From an uncultured Candidatus Saccharibacteria bacterium (lineage in GTDB: Bacteria > Patescibacteriota > Minisyncoccia > Phycocordibacterales > UBA9973), in contig CAYUQD010000002.1 of NCBI GenBank assembly GCA_964446965.1, forward strand, positions 32,689-96,688: DNA of 64,000 nt, written 5' to 3'. The translations under genes were made by a program, and so were the position numbers. Shown in pieces: positions 18,612-27,576 of the stretch; within the stretch, counting starts at the first letter, position 1; every line of letters starts with the position of its first letter. Under the pieces are notes generated by a model. That model did not search any database. It was not told the origin of the DNA and saw only the letters and a list, made by a program, of their open reading frames with translations.

Positions 18612-19010
18612 TTGTTCATTCTAAATACTTTTTTTATGAAGAGAATACAGCTGTATATTGATCGGTTATTAAATCAAAAATTTAATAACGGGATCATATG
18701 TGTTGAGAAATTTCATGAAAATGGTCAACCAGCCAAAGTCTACTATCGCAGGTTTCCTTCTACTCCAATAGCGCCCTCAAATACACATTTCAACATAGAG
18801 ATTGGTGAAAAACATACTATTGTATACACCTTTGATCTGCACGGGAATGTGGTGTCACGAGAGAGATTGATTAATATTTTCAAACTCAGGGGCAAGCCTA
18901 TAGTTGGAGAAATGGAAGTACATTCTGCAGTGAGACGTGTAGAAGCTATTCAAAGCGCACTACAACGACTCATGGGTATACCAGGACTGATATCTGTTGA
19001 CCGACATTGA
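18612..19010 (+). CDS. hypothetical protein
   Basis: ORF followed by an intrinsic terminator. No recognisable domain. Confidence 0.35.
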   Translation: MFILNTFFMKRIQLYIDRLLNQKFNNGIICVEKFHENGQPAKVYYRRFPSTPIAPSNTHFNIEIGEKHTIVYTFDLHGNVVSRERLINIFKLRGKPIVGEMEVHSAVRRVEAIQSALQRLMGIPGLISVDRH

Positions 19011-19020
19011 TTTCTCATAG

Positions 19021-19054
19021 AACGCTTCATCGATATATGTGAGGCGTTTTTTTA
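19021..19054. terminator. intrinsic terminator (AACGCTTCAtcgatatatgTGAGGCGTT plus T7), also abuts the tRNA-Thr 3' end
   Basis: Hairpin plus TTTTTTT. Confidence 0.6.
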
Positions 19055-19056
19055 TT

Positions 19057-19132
19057 TGGAGCCGGAAGTCGGGCTCGAACCGACGACCACCCGTTTACAA
19101 AACGGGAGCTCTACCAACTGAGCTATTCCGGC
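19057..19132 (-). tRNA. tRNA-Thr (anticodon UGU), CCA encoded
   Basis: The reverse complement is GCCGGAATAGCTCAGTTGGTAGAGCTCCCGTTTTGTAAACGGGTGGTCGTCGGTTCGAGCCCGACTTCCGGCTCCA. It folds as a cloverleaf with a 7-bp acceptor stem, UUUGUAA anticodon loop and TTCGAGC T-loop. Confidence 0.85.
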
Positions 19133-19551
19133 GTTTGACCAGGTGTCTGGTCATTTGGTGTTGCAACTATACTCGTTTTTTTGATTCGAGGCAAGCGCTT
19201 TGTGACTGGTTTTTTTGGGAAGGAGATGGACTTGAGGAAGTACGATGATGGGCCATGGGTGAGACCTACGAGGTGATCCTTTTTTTCAAAGAGGGGGGCA
19301 GCTTTGGGAAATATTTTCACAAAGAGACGCTCTCCTCGAGTAGTAGTCCATGCAATACCGTGTTTGAGATGGACGAGCGCACTATACCATCCACGACGAG
19401 TGAGCCGAGAGCTCTGTTGCCATTTGCGCACGAGCGGGTCTGTACCGACGAGTGGTTGTTGTGCACCAGAGGCTATCTTCCAGGTGGCATACATACTGTA
19501 GAGCCACGTGACAAAGATGAGGACGACGAGGATGATGAGTAATGCGGTCAT
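19123..19551 (-). CDS. hypothetical small membrane protein, translationally coupled to tsf (TAATG overlap)
   Basis: N-terminal TM helix. The start overlaps the tsf stop. The last 10 nt overlap the tRNA-Thr 5' end, so the true stop is uncertain. Confidence 0.35.
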   Translation of the reverse strand: MTALLIILVVLIFVTWLYSMYATWKIASGAQQPLVGTDPLVRKWQQSSRLTRRGWYSALVHLKHGIAWTTTRGERLFVKIFPKAAPLFEKKDHLVGLTHGPSSYFLKSISFPKKPVTKRLPRIKKTSIVATPNDQTPGQTPE

Positions 19552-20336
19552 TATGCACCTACAGTATACATCACAAACTTTTCTACTGTCGCGCCGTTGT
19601 CCTTTGCAAATTGTGCAATAGTCTTTTCGGGGATCTTGAAGAACGATTGTTCGTCGAGTGTCTGCTCTTTGAAGTATGCTGCGATCTTGCCTTCCATGAT
19701 CTTTTCTTTCATTTCAGCAGGCTTGTCGATCGCATCCATCTCAGCCTTGAGGACTTCCATGACTTGCGCGCGGTCTGTGTCATTGATCTCGCTTGTGTGG
19801 ACGTAGCGGGGTTTCATCGCAGCGGTGTGCATTGCGATATCCTTTGCTACCTCTGGAGTACCACCGGTGAGGACGACGATCGTTGCAGTCTTGCCAGTGT
19901 GGTGTGTGTATGCGCCCACAACGTCACCTGATACTTCGTTCACTGAACCGAGCTTGATGTTCTCTCCGATTTTGAGCACGACGTCATTGATGAGGGCAGG
20001 AGCTTGTTCGCGTGCAGCTGCTTCGCCACTCTCAAATGCAATGTCGGCGAGTTTGTTGGCGAGTGCGACGAAGTCATCGTTCTTTGCGACGAAGTCAGTC
20101 TCGCAGTTCATGATGATAGTAACTGCGCGCTTGCCGTCAGTGCGCACGATGACGAGTCCGTCAGATGCGTCACGGTCAGCTTTCTTTTCGGCGATCTCAG
20201 AACCTTTCTTTTGCAAGATGATGATGGCCTTTTCCATATCGCCATCAGCTTCTTCGAGTGCCTTGCGGCATTGCATGACTGATACTGACGTCTTGTCGCG
20301 AAGTTCCTTTACCTGTTCAGTGGTGATTGTAGACAT
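19551..20336 (-). CDS. tsf: elongation factor Ts
   Basis: MSTITTEQVKELRDKTSVSVMQCRKALEEADGDMEKAI... is the EF-Ts UBA-like N-terminus plus dimerisation domain. Confidence 0.9.
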   Translation of the reverse strand: MSTITTEQVKELRDKTSVSVMQCRKALEEADGDMEKAIIILQKKGSEIAEKKADRDASDGLVIVRTDGKRAVTIIMNCETDFVAKNDDFVALANKLADIAFESGEAAAREQAPALINDVVLKIGENIKLGSVNEVSGDVVGAYTHHTGKTATIVVLTGGTPEVAKDIAMHTAAMKPRYVHTSEINDTDRAQVMEVLKAEMDAIDKPAEMKEKIMEGKIAAYFKEQTLDEQSFFKIPEKTIAQFAKDNGATVEKFVMYTVGA

Positions 20337-20369
20337 TGGTGTATGTAATTTAAGAGCGATTAATTTTTT

Positions 20370-21080
20370 TTATTTATTTCCCTGAAACGCGTCTTTGAGT
20401 ATACCAAGGATTGCGGTAATGCTCGATACTGAACTATCGTTTGCAACGATAGGGTAGTCGATGGCACGGACAGTACAGTCGGTGTTGCCGATTGCGATCA
20501 CGGGAATGTTCATCTTGCGAGCTTCGAGGATTGCGATGTGTTCCTTCTTTGAGTCGACGACTACGACGACGTCAGGCATCTTGGTCACACCGAGGAGACC
20601 AGAGAAGTATTTGTTGAGACGTTCCATCTCACGAGTGAGGAGGAGTTGTTCCTTTTTGGTGTATTTTGCGTATTCACCGGTGACGCGTTCTTCCTTCATC
20701 TTCTCAAGTTTGTCGATACGTTGCTTGATCTGCGGGAAGTTGGTGAGGATACCTCCGATCCATCGTTCAGTCACGTATGGCTGACGAAGCGCGGAAGAAA
20801 TATCCATCACTGCGGCCCGTGCTTCTGGCTTCACACCGACAAAGAGCGCAGTCTTGCCAGCGGCACCAAGCTCTGCGAGGAAGCTTGCCGCTTTCTCAAG
20901 CTGGGGCAACACTTTGTCGATATCAATAATGTCTGTGCCGTTCTTATTTCCGTAGAGAAATGGAGTAACGGTTGGGTGACGACGGGTACGTGAGTAGCCG
21001 TAGTGCACACCTGCCTCCATGAGGCCTTCTGAGGTAATGTGTTTCATACGATCTGTAGCAGATTTGCTTATCGGTATCAT
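20370..21080 (-). CDS. rpsB: 30S ribosomal protein S2
   Basis: AGVHYGYSRTRRHPTVTPFLYG...GGILTNF are conserved S2 motifs, with the classic rpsB-tsf order. Confidence 0.9.
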   Translation of the reverse strand: MIPISKSATDRMKHITSEGLMEAGVHYGYSRTRRHPTVTPFLYGNKNGTDIIDIDKVLPQLEKAASFLAELGAAGKTALFVGVKPEARAAVMDISSALRQPYVTERWIGGILTNFPQIKQRIDKLEKMKEERVTGEYAKYTKKEQLLLTREMERLNKYFSGLLGVTKMPDVVVVVDSKKEHIAILEARKMNIPVIAIGNTDCTVRAIDYPIVANDSSVSSITAILGILKDAFQGNK

Positions 21081-21200
21081 TCGACTGACCCTGCCATCGG
21101 CCCCGTAGGGGATGGAGCAAACCTTAATTTACTGAATAATTTCATCCAAAGATGAGCTCCAACAATAGCATTTGAGAGGGGGTTTGGCAAGATAATAGTA

Positions 21201-21229
21201 TTGACATTATAATATAATTATGCTATAAT
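21201..21229 (+). promoter_or_regulatory. consensus sigma70 promoter with extended -10 (TTGACA, 17 nt spacer, TGcTATAAT)
   Basis: TTGACA at 21201-21206, TATAAT at 21224-21229, TG at 21221-21222. Confidence 0.6.
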
Positions 21230-21269
21230 CTATTTGATTAAATCACTGTACAAACCTTAAAAAATTAAT

Positions 21270-21476
21270 ATGAAAAAGTATCAATTTATATCAGTAATGG
21301 TTTTCGTAATTGCAATAAGTTTCTTTCTTATCGGTATTTCACTCATACTCAGCAAGCAAAATATGGATAAAAATGAAACAGATATCATAGCTAATCTTTT
21401 AGCTGCAGGAACATCTTTTCTGGTTTTAGGATTGTTTATTGGAATTATAGGGCTATTTTATGATACAAATTCGTAA
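21270..21476 (+). CDS. small two-TM membrane protein, hypothetical, AT-rich
   Basis: 68 aa with two hydrophobic helices. Own consensus promoter and terminator. Confidence 0.45.
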   Translation: MKKYQFISVMVFVIAISFFLIGISLILSKQNMDKNETDIIANLLAAGTSFLVLGLFIGIIGLFYDTNS

Positions 21477-21493
21477 TCCTAAAATAATGAATA

Positions 21494-21527
21494 AAAGTAT
21501 AGATTTTAAAATCTATACTTTTTTTAT
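21494..21527 (+). terminator. intrinsic terminator (AAGTATAGATTTT/AAAATCTATACTT palindrome plus T7)
   Basis: Perfect 13-bp palindrome followed by TTTTTTT. Confidence 0.7.
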
Positions 21528-21552
21528 TGCCCAAAATGTGGCATTATAGGGC

Positions 21553-22806
21553 ATGCGACAGAGCCAACTGTTTACGAAAACGCGCAAGGAAGCCCCAGCG
21601 GATGAGGTGGCAAAAAACGCGCAGTTGCTCATACGAGGAGGATATATCTATAAAGTGATGGCTGGTGTGTATGTCTATACACCACTGGGTCTCCGAGTAC
21701 TCGAGAATATCAAGCGAATCGTCCGCGAAGAAATGGATGCTATAGGTGGTCAGGAGCTCATCATGTCTTCTTTGCAAAAGAAAAGCACATGGGAAGAAAC
21801 GGGTAGATGGGACGACAATGTTGTTGATATTTGGTTCAAGTCGAAACTCAAGGATGATACCGAAGTAGGATTTGGGTGGTCACACGAAGAGGCGATCATC
21901 GAAATGGTGAAGCAGTATCTCACGAGCTACAAAGATCTCCCGATCAACGTCTATCAATTCCAAACAAAGATGCGCAATGAACTCCGTGCAAAGAGCGGTA
22001 TCATGCGTGGGCGAGAATTCGTCATGAAGGATATGTACTCTTGTAGTGTCGATGCTGTACGACACGAGGAATTTTACCAAGCAACGATCAAGGCCTATGA
22101 GCGTATCTATGACCGTATTGGTATTGGAGCAGATACCTATGTGACATTTGCTTCGGGTGGGGCATTCACCAAGTTCAGTCATGAATTTCAGACAGTCTGT
22201 GATGCAGGAGAAGACATTATCTATCTCAACCGTGCAAAAAATATTGCTATTAACGAAGAAGTCCTCAATGATGAGACACTCAAGGATCTCGGCATCACCC
22301 GTGACGAACTAGAAAAAGTAAACACTGCAGAAGTTGGTAATATTTTCAACTTTGGTACCCAAAAGAGTGAAGACACGAACTTCACATTCACCGATGAAAA
22401 CGGTGAAAAGCGACACGTACATCTCGGTTCGTATGGTATTGGGATCACACGTGTCATGGGTGTTGTCGTAGAGAAATTTGCTGATGAAAAAGGCATCGTG
22501 TGGCCAGAAAGTATCGCACCGTTTCGTATACATCTCCTCGTGCTCGGTACTGATACCGCAACACATATCGCTGCCGAAGAGTTGTATCAGCAGTTCAAGG
22601 AGAAGAATATTGAGGTCCTCTTTGATGATCGTGCAGATGTTGCTCCGGGAGAGAAGTTCGCTGACGCAGATCTGCTCGGTATGCCGCTACGTGTCGTCGT
22701 CTCTGACCGCAGTCTCCAGAATGGTGGTGTAGAGATCAAGGAACGCACCAGCAAGGATGGTCGAGTCGTGTCGACGAACGATCTCTTTGATCTCCTAAGC
22801 GCATAG
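21553..22806 (+). CDS. proS: proline--tRNA ligase (short form lacking insertion/editing domain)
   Basis: Class II aaRS motifs (FRDE-like region REFVMKDMYS, GGAF...) and an anticodon-binding C-terminus. 417 aa. Confidence 0.7.
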   Translation: MRQSQLFTKTRKEAPADEVAKNAQLLIRGGYIYKVMAGVYVYTPLGLRVLENIKRIVREEMDAIGGQELIMSSLQKKSTWEETGRWDDNVVDIWFKSKLKDDTEVGFGWSHEEAIIEMVKQYLTSYKDLPINVYQFQTKMRNELRAKSGIMRGREFVMKDMYSCSVDAVRHEEFYQATIKAYERIYDRIGIGADTYVTFASGGAFTKFSHEFQTVCDAGEDIIYLNRAKNIAINEEVLNDETLKDLGITRDELEKVNTAEVGNIFNFGTQKSEDTNFTFTDENGEKRHVHLGSYGIGITRVMGVVVEKFADEKGIVWPESIAPFRIHLLVLGTDTATHIAAEELYQQFKEKNIEVLFDDRADVAPGEKFADADLLGMPLRVVVSDRSLQNGGVEIKERTSKDGRVVSTNDLFDLLSA

Positions 22807-22809
22807 TCA

Positions 22810-23853
22810 ATGTTCAAATCGTTCTACCAAAGATTCTCAAATGACATCGGTATCGACCTCGGTACTGCCAATACACTCGTGTACCTCAAGGGTCATGGCA
22901 TCATCATCAATGAACCATCGATCGTTGCGGTGAACCAAAAGACGGGGCAGATCGTCGCGATCGGTCACGAAGCAAAAAAGATGTGGGGCAAAACTCCTGC
23001 GCACATATCTATTGTGCGACCACTCATTGAGGGAGTCGTATCGGACTTTGATATGACTGAGGAGATGCTCGGGTACTTCATTCGCAAAGCAGAAAAAATT
23101 AGCAAAAAGTTCTTTCGTCCTCGGGTGGTCATCGGCGTACCGTCTGGTGTCACCAACGTCGAGATGCGTGCCGTATATGATGCAGCGATCGATGCGGGAG
23201 CGCGCGAAGTGTACCTCGTCGAGGAAGCAATGGCGGCGGCGATCGGAGTGCGTATGCCTATCCTTGATCCCAAGGCAACGTTCATTGTCGATATTGGAGG
23301 AGGCACAACTGATATCGCTCTCATTGCGCTCGGCGGAGTCGTGCGTTCACTCAACTTGCGCATCGCGGGAGATCATTTCAACGAGCGCATCATTGAGTAT
23401 ATGCGCGATGAATTCAAACTGCTCGTCGGCGAACCTACTGCCGAGAGTGTAAAGCTCGCACTTGGCTCGGCGATCGAGACTGAGTATCAGGAGATAGAGG
23501 TCCGCGGTCGCGATCTCGTGTCGGGACTTCCGCGTGCGCTCATGGTCACCGATGGAGACATTCGTGAGGCACTCACTCGTCCAGTCGGATTTTTGCTTGC
23601 GGGTATTCGCGAAGTGCTCGAGACTGCGCCACCCGAGATGATGAGTGATGTATTGCAGACAGGTATCGTGCTCGCCGGAGGAGGTGCATTGCTCCCCGGC
23701 ATCTGTAACCTCCTCGAGGACGAGCTATCACTTCCCGTACATATCGCACAGGACCCACTCTCGGCAGTTGCTCGAGGGACTGGTATCATTTTAGAAAATT
23801 TTGAAAAATACGAGAGCGTTATCCTTCCTCTAGACGAACATGTCATCATTTAA
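22810..23853 (+). CDS. mreB: rod-shape determining actin homologue MreB
   Basis: GIDLGTANTLVY...NEPSIVA...DIGGGTTDIA are actin-fold phosphate and adenosine motifs. Confidence 0.9.
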   Translation: MFKSFYQRFSNDIGIDLGTANTLVYLKGHGIIINEPSIVAVNQKTGQIVAIGHEAKKMWGKTPAHISIVRPLIEGVVSDFDMTEEMLGYFIRKAEKISKKFFRPRVVIGVPSGVTNVEMRAVYDAAIDAGAREVYLVEEAMAAAIGVRMPILDPKATFIVDIGGGTTDIALIALGGVVRSLNLRIAGDHFNERIIEYMRDEFKLLVGEPTAESVKLALGSAIETEYQEIEVRGRDLVSGLPRALMVTDGDIREALTRPVGFLLAGIREVLETAPPEMMSDVLQTGIVLAGGGALLPGICNLLEDELSLPVHIAQDPLSAVARGTGIILENFEKYESVILPLDEHVII

Positions 23854-24595
23854 ACCGTACAAACGTCGCAAGTCTATACTTCCACTCATCTGGTGGGCGC
23901 TTGGTACTATTGTTGGGATTTGTGTCGTATGGTTCATCGTGCGAGTCATTGTGGACGCAAGTATCGACCACAAACCGCTCGCATCAGCAACGACGATATA
24001 CAACACAGCCCTCCCAAAGGGTATGTTGGTCACAAAGATCAACGAACTCCAGACGACACTCGAGAGTTACGATGCTCAGTTGACGAGTGCAAAGCTTTTG
24101 GCTCTAGAGAACGACCAACTCAAAAGTGAGCTCGGTCGCACACCACGCCCTTCTGGTGTGATCGCGCATGCGGTGACTCTGCCCAACAGAAGTTTCTACG
24201 ATACATTCGTCATCGATGCAGGTGTTGATGAGGGGATCGTAGAAGGACAGTCAGTGTATGCATTTGATACTATCGCACTCGGTACTATTAGTGATGTTGC
24301 AGACGATCATGCGACAGTCCTGCTCTACAGTGCATCTGGCCGCACGACATCGGGCAATGCGGGAGGCAGCAACGTCGCCGTCACACTCATTGGTCGCGGC
24401 GGGGGAGAATACGAGGTCCGTATGCCGCGTGATGTGCCATTCGAAGTTGGAGGCCTCATTGCCGAACAGTCTATCCACACCGCAGTCCTCGCCGAGATCG
24501 AACGCATTGCGACAGATCCAAGAGATCCGTTCCAGAAACTCTACGCCAAGGCGCCGATCAATCTGCAGGCATTGAAGTGGGTGATCGTGAGGTAA
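23840..24595 (+). CDS. mreC: rod-shape determining protein MreC
   Basis: N-terminal TM, coiled coil, then a beta-rich domain. Overlaps the mreB end by 14 nt in the canonical mreBC arrangement. Confidence 0.6.
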   Translation: MSSFKPYKRRKSILPLIWWALGTIVGICVVWFIVRVIVDASIDHKPLASATTIYNTALPKGMLVTKINELQTTLESYDAQLTSAKLLALENDQLKSELGRTPRPSGVIAHAVTLPNRSFYDTFVIDAGVDEGIVEGQSVYAFDTIALGTISDVADDHATVLLYSASGRTTSGNAGGSNVAVTLIGRGGGEYEVRMPRDVPFEVGGLIAEQSIHTAVLAEIERIATDPRDPFQKLYAKAPINLQALKWVIVR

Positions 24596-24630
24596 ATAAA
24601 AAATTCCTGAGCGGATTGCTCAGGAATTTA
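24596..24630. terminator. bidirectional terminator (AATTCCTGAGCggatGCTCAGGAATT)
   Basis: 11-bp perfect stem with an A-run on one side and a T-rich stretch on the other, between convergent genes. Confidence 0.6.
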
Positions 24631-24645
24631 AATGTAGCGTCTAAT

Positions 24646-24910
24646 TTAAGTGTATAGAGTGTAACAGAAAAAATCTTCATTCTTATGCTCATCTACAAGA
24701 TGAAAATCAATTTCAAATACAGTGCCTCTAAACCTGATATGGGTTCCAAAATTCTTAAGCTCTTTAACCTCAAGAACAGTATCTCCTTTACTCATTGGTA
24801 GGCCAATAAATCCAACCATATTTTTAGCAGTTAACTCTGATACGTCGTTTAGTTTCAGTAAAGATAGTAGATCTTGAACAGTCCTTACTTGTTTCTTTGA
24901 TTTTATCATA
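24646..24910 (-). CDS. hypothetical 88-aa protein, AT-rich
   Basis: MIKSKKQVRTVQDLLSLLKLNDVSELTAKNMVGF... ORF-track 24646..25080 was trimmed to the ATG at 24908-24910 to avoid overlapping tgt. Minus-strand TTGACA, 17 nt spacer, TAGAGT upstream. Confidence 0.35.
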
Positions 24911-24970
24911 ATCTTTTTTGCATACTCTATACAATTCAGTATTTTTGTCAAATTATGATAGAGTGTTGCC

Positions 24971-26158
24971 ATGCAATTCTCTATTGAGAAAAAACTAGAC
25001 GGCACGCTCGCTCGTGCCGGAGAAATAGTGACACCAAACGGGTCTATCAAGACTCCGGCTTTTGTCGTGGTGGGGACCAAGGCAACAGTGAAGTCGCTGA
25101 CCAGTGAACAGATACGATCTCTTAATGCGCAGGTTGTATTGGCAAATACCTACCATCTGTATCTGCAACCAGGTACAGATATTGTTGAGAAAGCAGGAGG
25201 GTTTGGGAAGTTCATGGACTGGCACGGACCGACAATGACTGACTCGGGAGGATTCCAAGCATTCTCGCTCGGCGCGGCATTTGGCAACAATGTATCCAAG
25301 GTCGCGACAGGGGTAGAGGTCTCCGATATTTCTGCAACCAAAGGACAGCTCGCCACTGTCACTGACGAAGGAGTTACGTTCAAAAGTCATCTCAATGGTG
25401 ACAAACATCTCTTCACACCAGAGAGCTCGATGCTCGCACAATGGAAGCTCGGTGCAGATATGATATTTGCATTCGATGAATGCACAAGTCCGAGCGCTCC
25501 GTACGAATACCAAGAGAAATCACTCGCACGTACATACGCATGGGCAAAACGGTGCATCGATGCACACGAGGCGCTTGATATAGAAAAGAAACAAGCGCTC
25601 TTTGGTGTGGTCCAAGGTGGACGGTTCCAAGACTTGCGAGAGAAGGCAGCGCGCGATCTCGGCGCATTGCCATTCGACGGTTATGGTATTGGCGGATCAT
25701 TTACCAAAGAAGACATTGGTACGGCAGTCGGATGGGTGAATGCGATCCTGCCCGAAGACAAGCCACGGCATCTACTCGGCATTGGAGAACCGATTGATCT
25801 ATTCGAAGGGGTACAGGCAGGATGTGACCTCTTTGATTGTGTGCTCCCGACACGCATCGGGCGACACGGCACACTCTTCACCCACGATGGCAAGATGCAT
25901 ATCAAGAACGCACAGTACATCAATGACTTCGGCCCATTAGAAGAGGGTTGTACATGTTATACGTGTACGCATCATACGCGCGCGTATATTGCCCACCTTT
26001 TCCGCGCGGATGAAATGACTGCGGGCACGCTTGCGAGTATTCACAACATTCACTTTCTCTTGCGGTTGGTAGAAAAGATCCGAGCAAGTATTTTGGACGA
26101 TACATTTTTTGAATTTAAAAAAGAGTTTGTGGAGCGGTACTACAAGAAACAACTTTAG
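24971..26158 (+). CDS. tgt: queuine tRNA-ribosyltransferase
   Basis: NTYHLYLQPG, FDEC catalytic region, CTCYTC...H zinc site. Confidence 0.9.
   Translation: MQFSIEKKLDGTLARAGEIVTPNGSIKTPAFVVVGTKATVKSLTSEQIRSLNAQVVLANTYHLYLQPGTDIVEKAGGFGKFMDWHGPTMTDSGGFQAFSLGAAFGNNVSKVATGVEVSDISATKGQLATVTDEGVTFKSHLNGDKHLFTPESSMLAQWKLGADMIFAFDECTSPSAPYEYQEKSLARTYAWAKRCIDAHEALDIEKKQALFGVVQGGRFQDLREKAARDLGALPFDGYGIGGSFTKEDIGTAVGWVNAILPEDKPRHLLGIGEPIDLFEGVQAGCDLFDCVLPTRIGRHGTLFTHDGKMHIKNAQYINDFGPLEEGCTCYTCTHHTRAYIAHLFRADEMTAGTLASIHNIHFLLRLVEKIRASILDDTFFEFKKEFVERYYKKQL
26096..26158 (+). repeat. direct repeat copy 1 (last roughly 20 codons of tgt)
   Basis: GACGATACATTTTTTGAATTTAAAAAAGAGTTTGTGGAGCGGTACTACAAGAAACAA. 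About 50 of 57 nt are identical to copy 2 at 26746-26811. Confidence 0.85.
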
Positions 26159-26191
26159 ATTTTCTTTATCTCGATTCGATATAGTATAGAA

Positions 26192-26716
26192 ATGAAGTTA
26201 AATATCTATATTGATAGTAATAATTTGTATCGAGCCGCAAAGGAACTTGGATTTCATATTGATTATAAAAAATTTCGAGGATGGCTTCGCCAAAAATATA
26301 ATCCTAAAAACGTATTTCTATTCATAGGATTTATTCCTGACAGAAGAGGTTTTTATCAACATCTACAAGAAAGTGGATTTATTCTCATTTTCAAACAAAC
26401 GATTTCTGTAGAAGGTATCGTCAAGGGAAACTGTGATGCTGAATTAGTTTTGAAGGCAGTTTCAGATTTTTATACTAAAAACACGGATTCTTTCATTCTT
26501 GTTACAGGAGATGGAGATTTTGGATGTCTTGTTGCGTTTTTGCAAGAAAATAATGTTTTTAACAGAATATTGGGACCAAATAAAGAAAAGTTATCGTTTC
26601 TGCTCCGTAATAAAACAAAAGACATTACTTTTCTGACTGATCATTATCATAAGTTTTCTATTCAAAAAGAAAAAGCCCCCGGTGCAGACGTATCTACACA
26701 AGGTTCTTTTTCATAG
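26192..26716 (+). CDS. NYN/LabA-like (PIN-fold) domain protein, AT-rich
   Basis: IYIDSNNLY...GNCDAELVLKAV...FILVTGDGDF matches the conserved NYN acidic motifs. Confidence 0.65.
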   Translation: MKLNIYIDSNNLYRAAKELGFHIDYKKFRGWLRQKYNPKNVFLFIGFIPDRRGFYQHLQESGFILIFKQTISVEGIVKGNCDAELVLKAVSDFYTKNTDSFILVTGDGDFGCLVAFLQENNVFNRILGPNKEKLSFLLRNKTKDITFLTDHYHKFSIQKEKAPGADVSTQGSFS

Positions 26717-26745
26717 TGACCATCATATAGTAGCACTGATATCAC

Positions 26746-26811
26746 GCTTATGTCAACGACACATTTTTTGAATTTAAAAAGGGGTTTGTTGAGAGGTATT
26801 ATAAGAAATAA
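26746..26811 (+). repeat. direct repeat copy 2: displaced remnant of tgt 3' end, still in frame (…YVNDTFFEFKKGFVERYYKK*)
   Basis: An open 20-codon frame after a TGA at 26737 ends with TAA at 26809-26811, directly followed by a terminator. Confidence 0.8.
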
Positions 26812-26840
26812 AAAATCTCCTGAATATCAGGAGATTTAAT
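26808..26840. terminator. bidirectional terminator (AAATCTCCTGAataTCAGGAGATTT)
   Basis: 11-bp stem with an A-run on one side and a T-rich stretch on the other. Probably the original tgt terminator, and serves the minus gene ending at 26854. Confidence 0.7.
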
Positions 26841-26853
26841 TGGTAATCAATTA

Positions 26854-27495
26854 CTAGTTTCGTTCCGGATCTAAGTCGGGAAAAAAGTCTATTTTTAAGG
26901 AAGACTCCCCAATCTTTTTAATTGCTAACTGTTTTTCTGTAGTTGTTACGTCTGGAATATCAGCATCTATCAAATCGCCCGAGAACTCAAGTATCCAAAA
27001 TAAGTGATTTACGCTGTACTCATTTAGTTTCTTTCTGAAATGTAGTACGCCATTTATTCTTCCTTCTTTTGTATTGTGGATGGCAGATAGTGACGGGATA
27101 TTCTTATTGAAAAAAATAATCGCGTCTTTGTAATATCTATGTCCAAACAGTTTTGACTCATACGCTGCTAGTTTTGCAACTACATTGATATTTAATTGAA
27201 TGATTTCTGGAGGAAAGAAATGTTCATTCTCTTTCTCAATAGGGGGCATATATGCCATATGCTTTTCAGTGTATAACTGAATGTATTGCTCCTCAGTTTT
27301 TACAAGATCCAAGCATTTTGTCATTTCTTCGATGCGTGTAGCTGTCGAAGACATGTACTTTTCACTATATGTTTCTACTCCTGAAAATTCAGCCTTACGT
27401 ATCTCGTACATTTTGAATTGCTCATCGAATGTTTTCTGAGCATTTGATGGCAGGAAATACATAATTGCAAACGCAAAAAGGATTACTTTTTTCAT
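26854..27495 (-). CDS. hypothetical secreted protein, AT-rich, signal peptide ending ...FLPSNAQ
   Basis: MKKVILFAFAIMYFLPSNAQ is a type-I signal peptide. No recognisable domain. Confidence 0.5.
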   Translation of the reverse strand: MKKVILFAFAIMYFLPSNAQKTFDEQFKMYEIRKAEFSGVETYSEKYMSSTATRIEEMTKCLDLVKTEEQYIQLYTEKHMAYMPPIEKENEHFFPPEIIQLNINVVAKLAAYESKLFGHRYYKDAIIFFNKNIPSLSAIHNTKEGRINGVLHFRKKLNEYSVNHLFWILEFSGDLIDADIPDVTTTEKQLAIKKIGESSLKIDFFPDLDPERN

Positions 27496-27541
27496 AATAT
27501 GATGTTTTAAAGTTTTTATGAATATACATGAAATATAATAT

Positions 27542-27570
27542 TTGTCAATAATTGACCACTTCTATATACT
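27542..27570 (+). promoter_or_regulatory. uvrB promoter (TTGTCA, 17 nt spacer, TATACT), -10 ending 6 nt before the ATG, with embedded palindrome TGTCAATaATTGACc
   Basis: Hexamers at 27542-27547 and 27565-27570, ATG at 27577. The same TTGTCA reads as TTGACA on the minus strand, with a TATATT -10 for the divergent gene. Confidence 0.5.
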
Positions 27571-27576
27571 GTAAGG

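Noticed and set aside
27542-27558. The uvrB promoter palindrome as a canonical LexA/SOS box
   Set aside because: It does not match CTGT-N8-ACAG, GAAC-N4-GTTC or other well-known LexA consensus sequences. Retained only as a candidate operator of unknown specificity.
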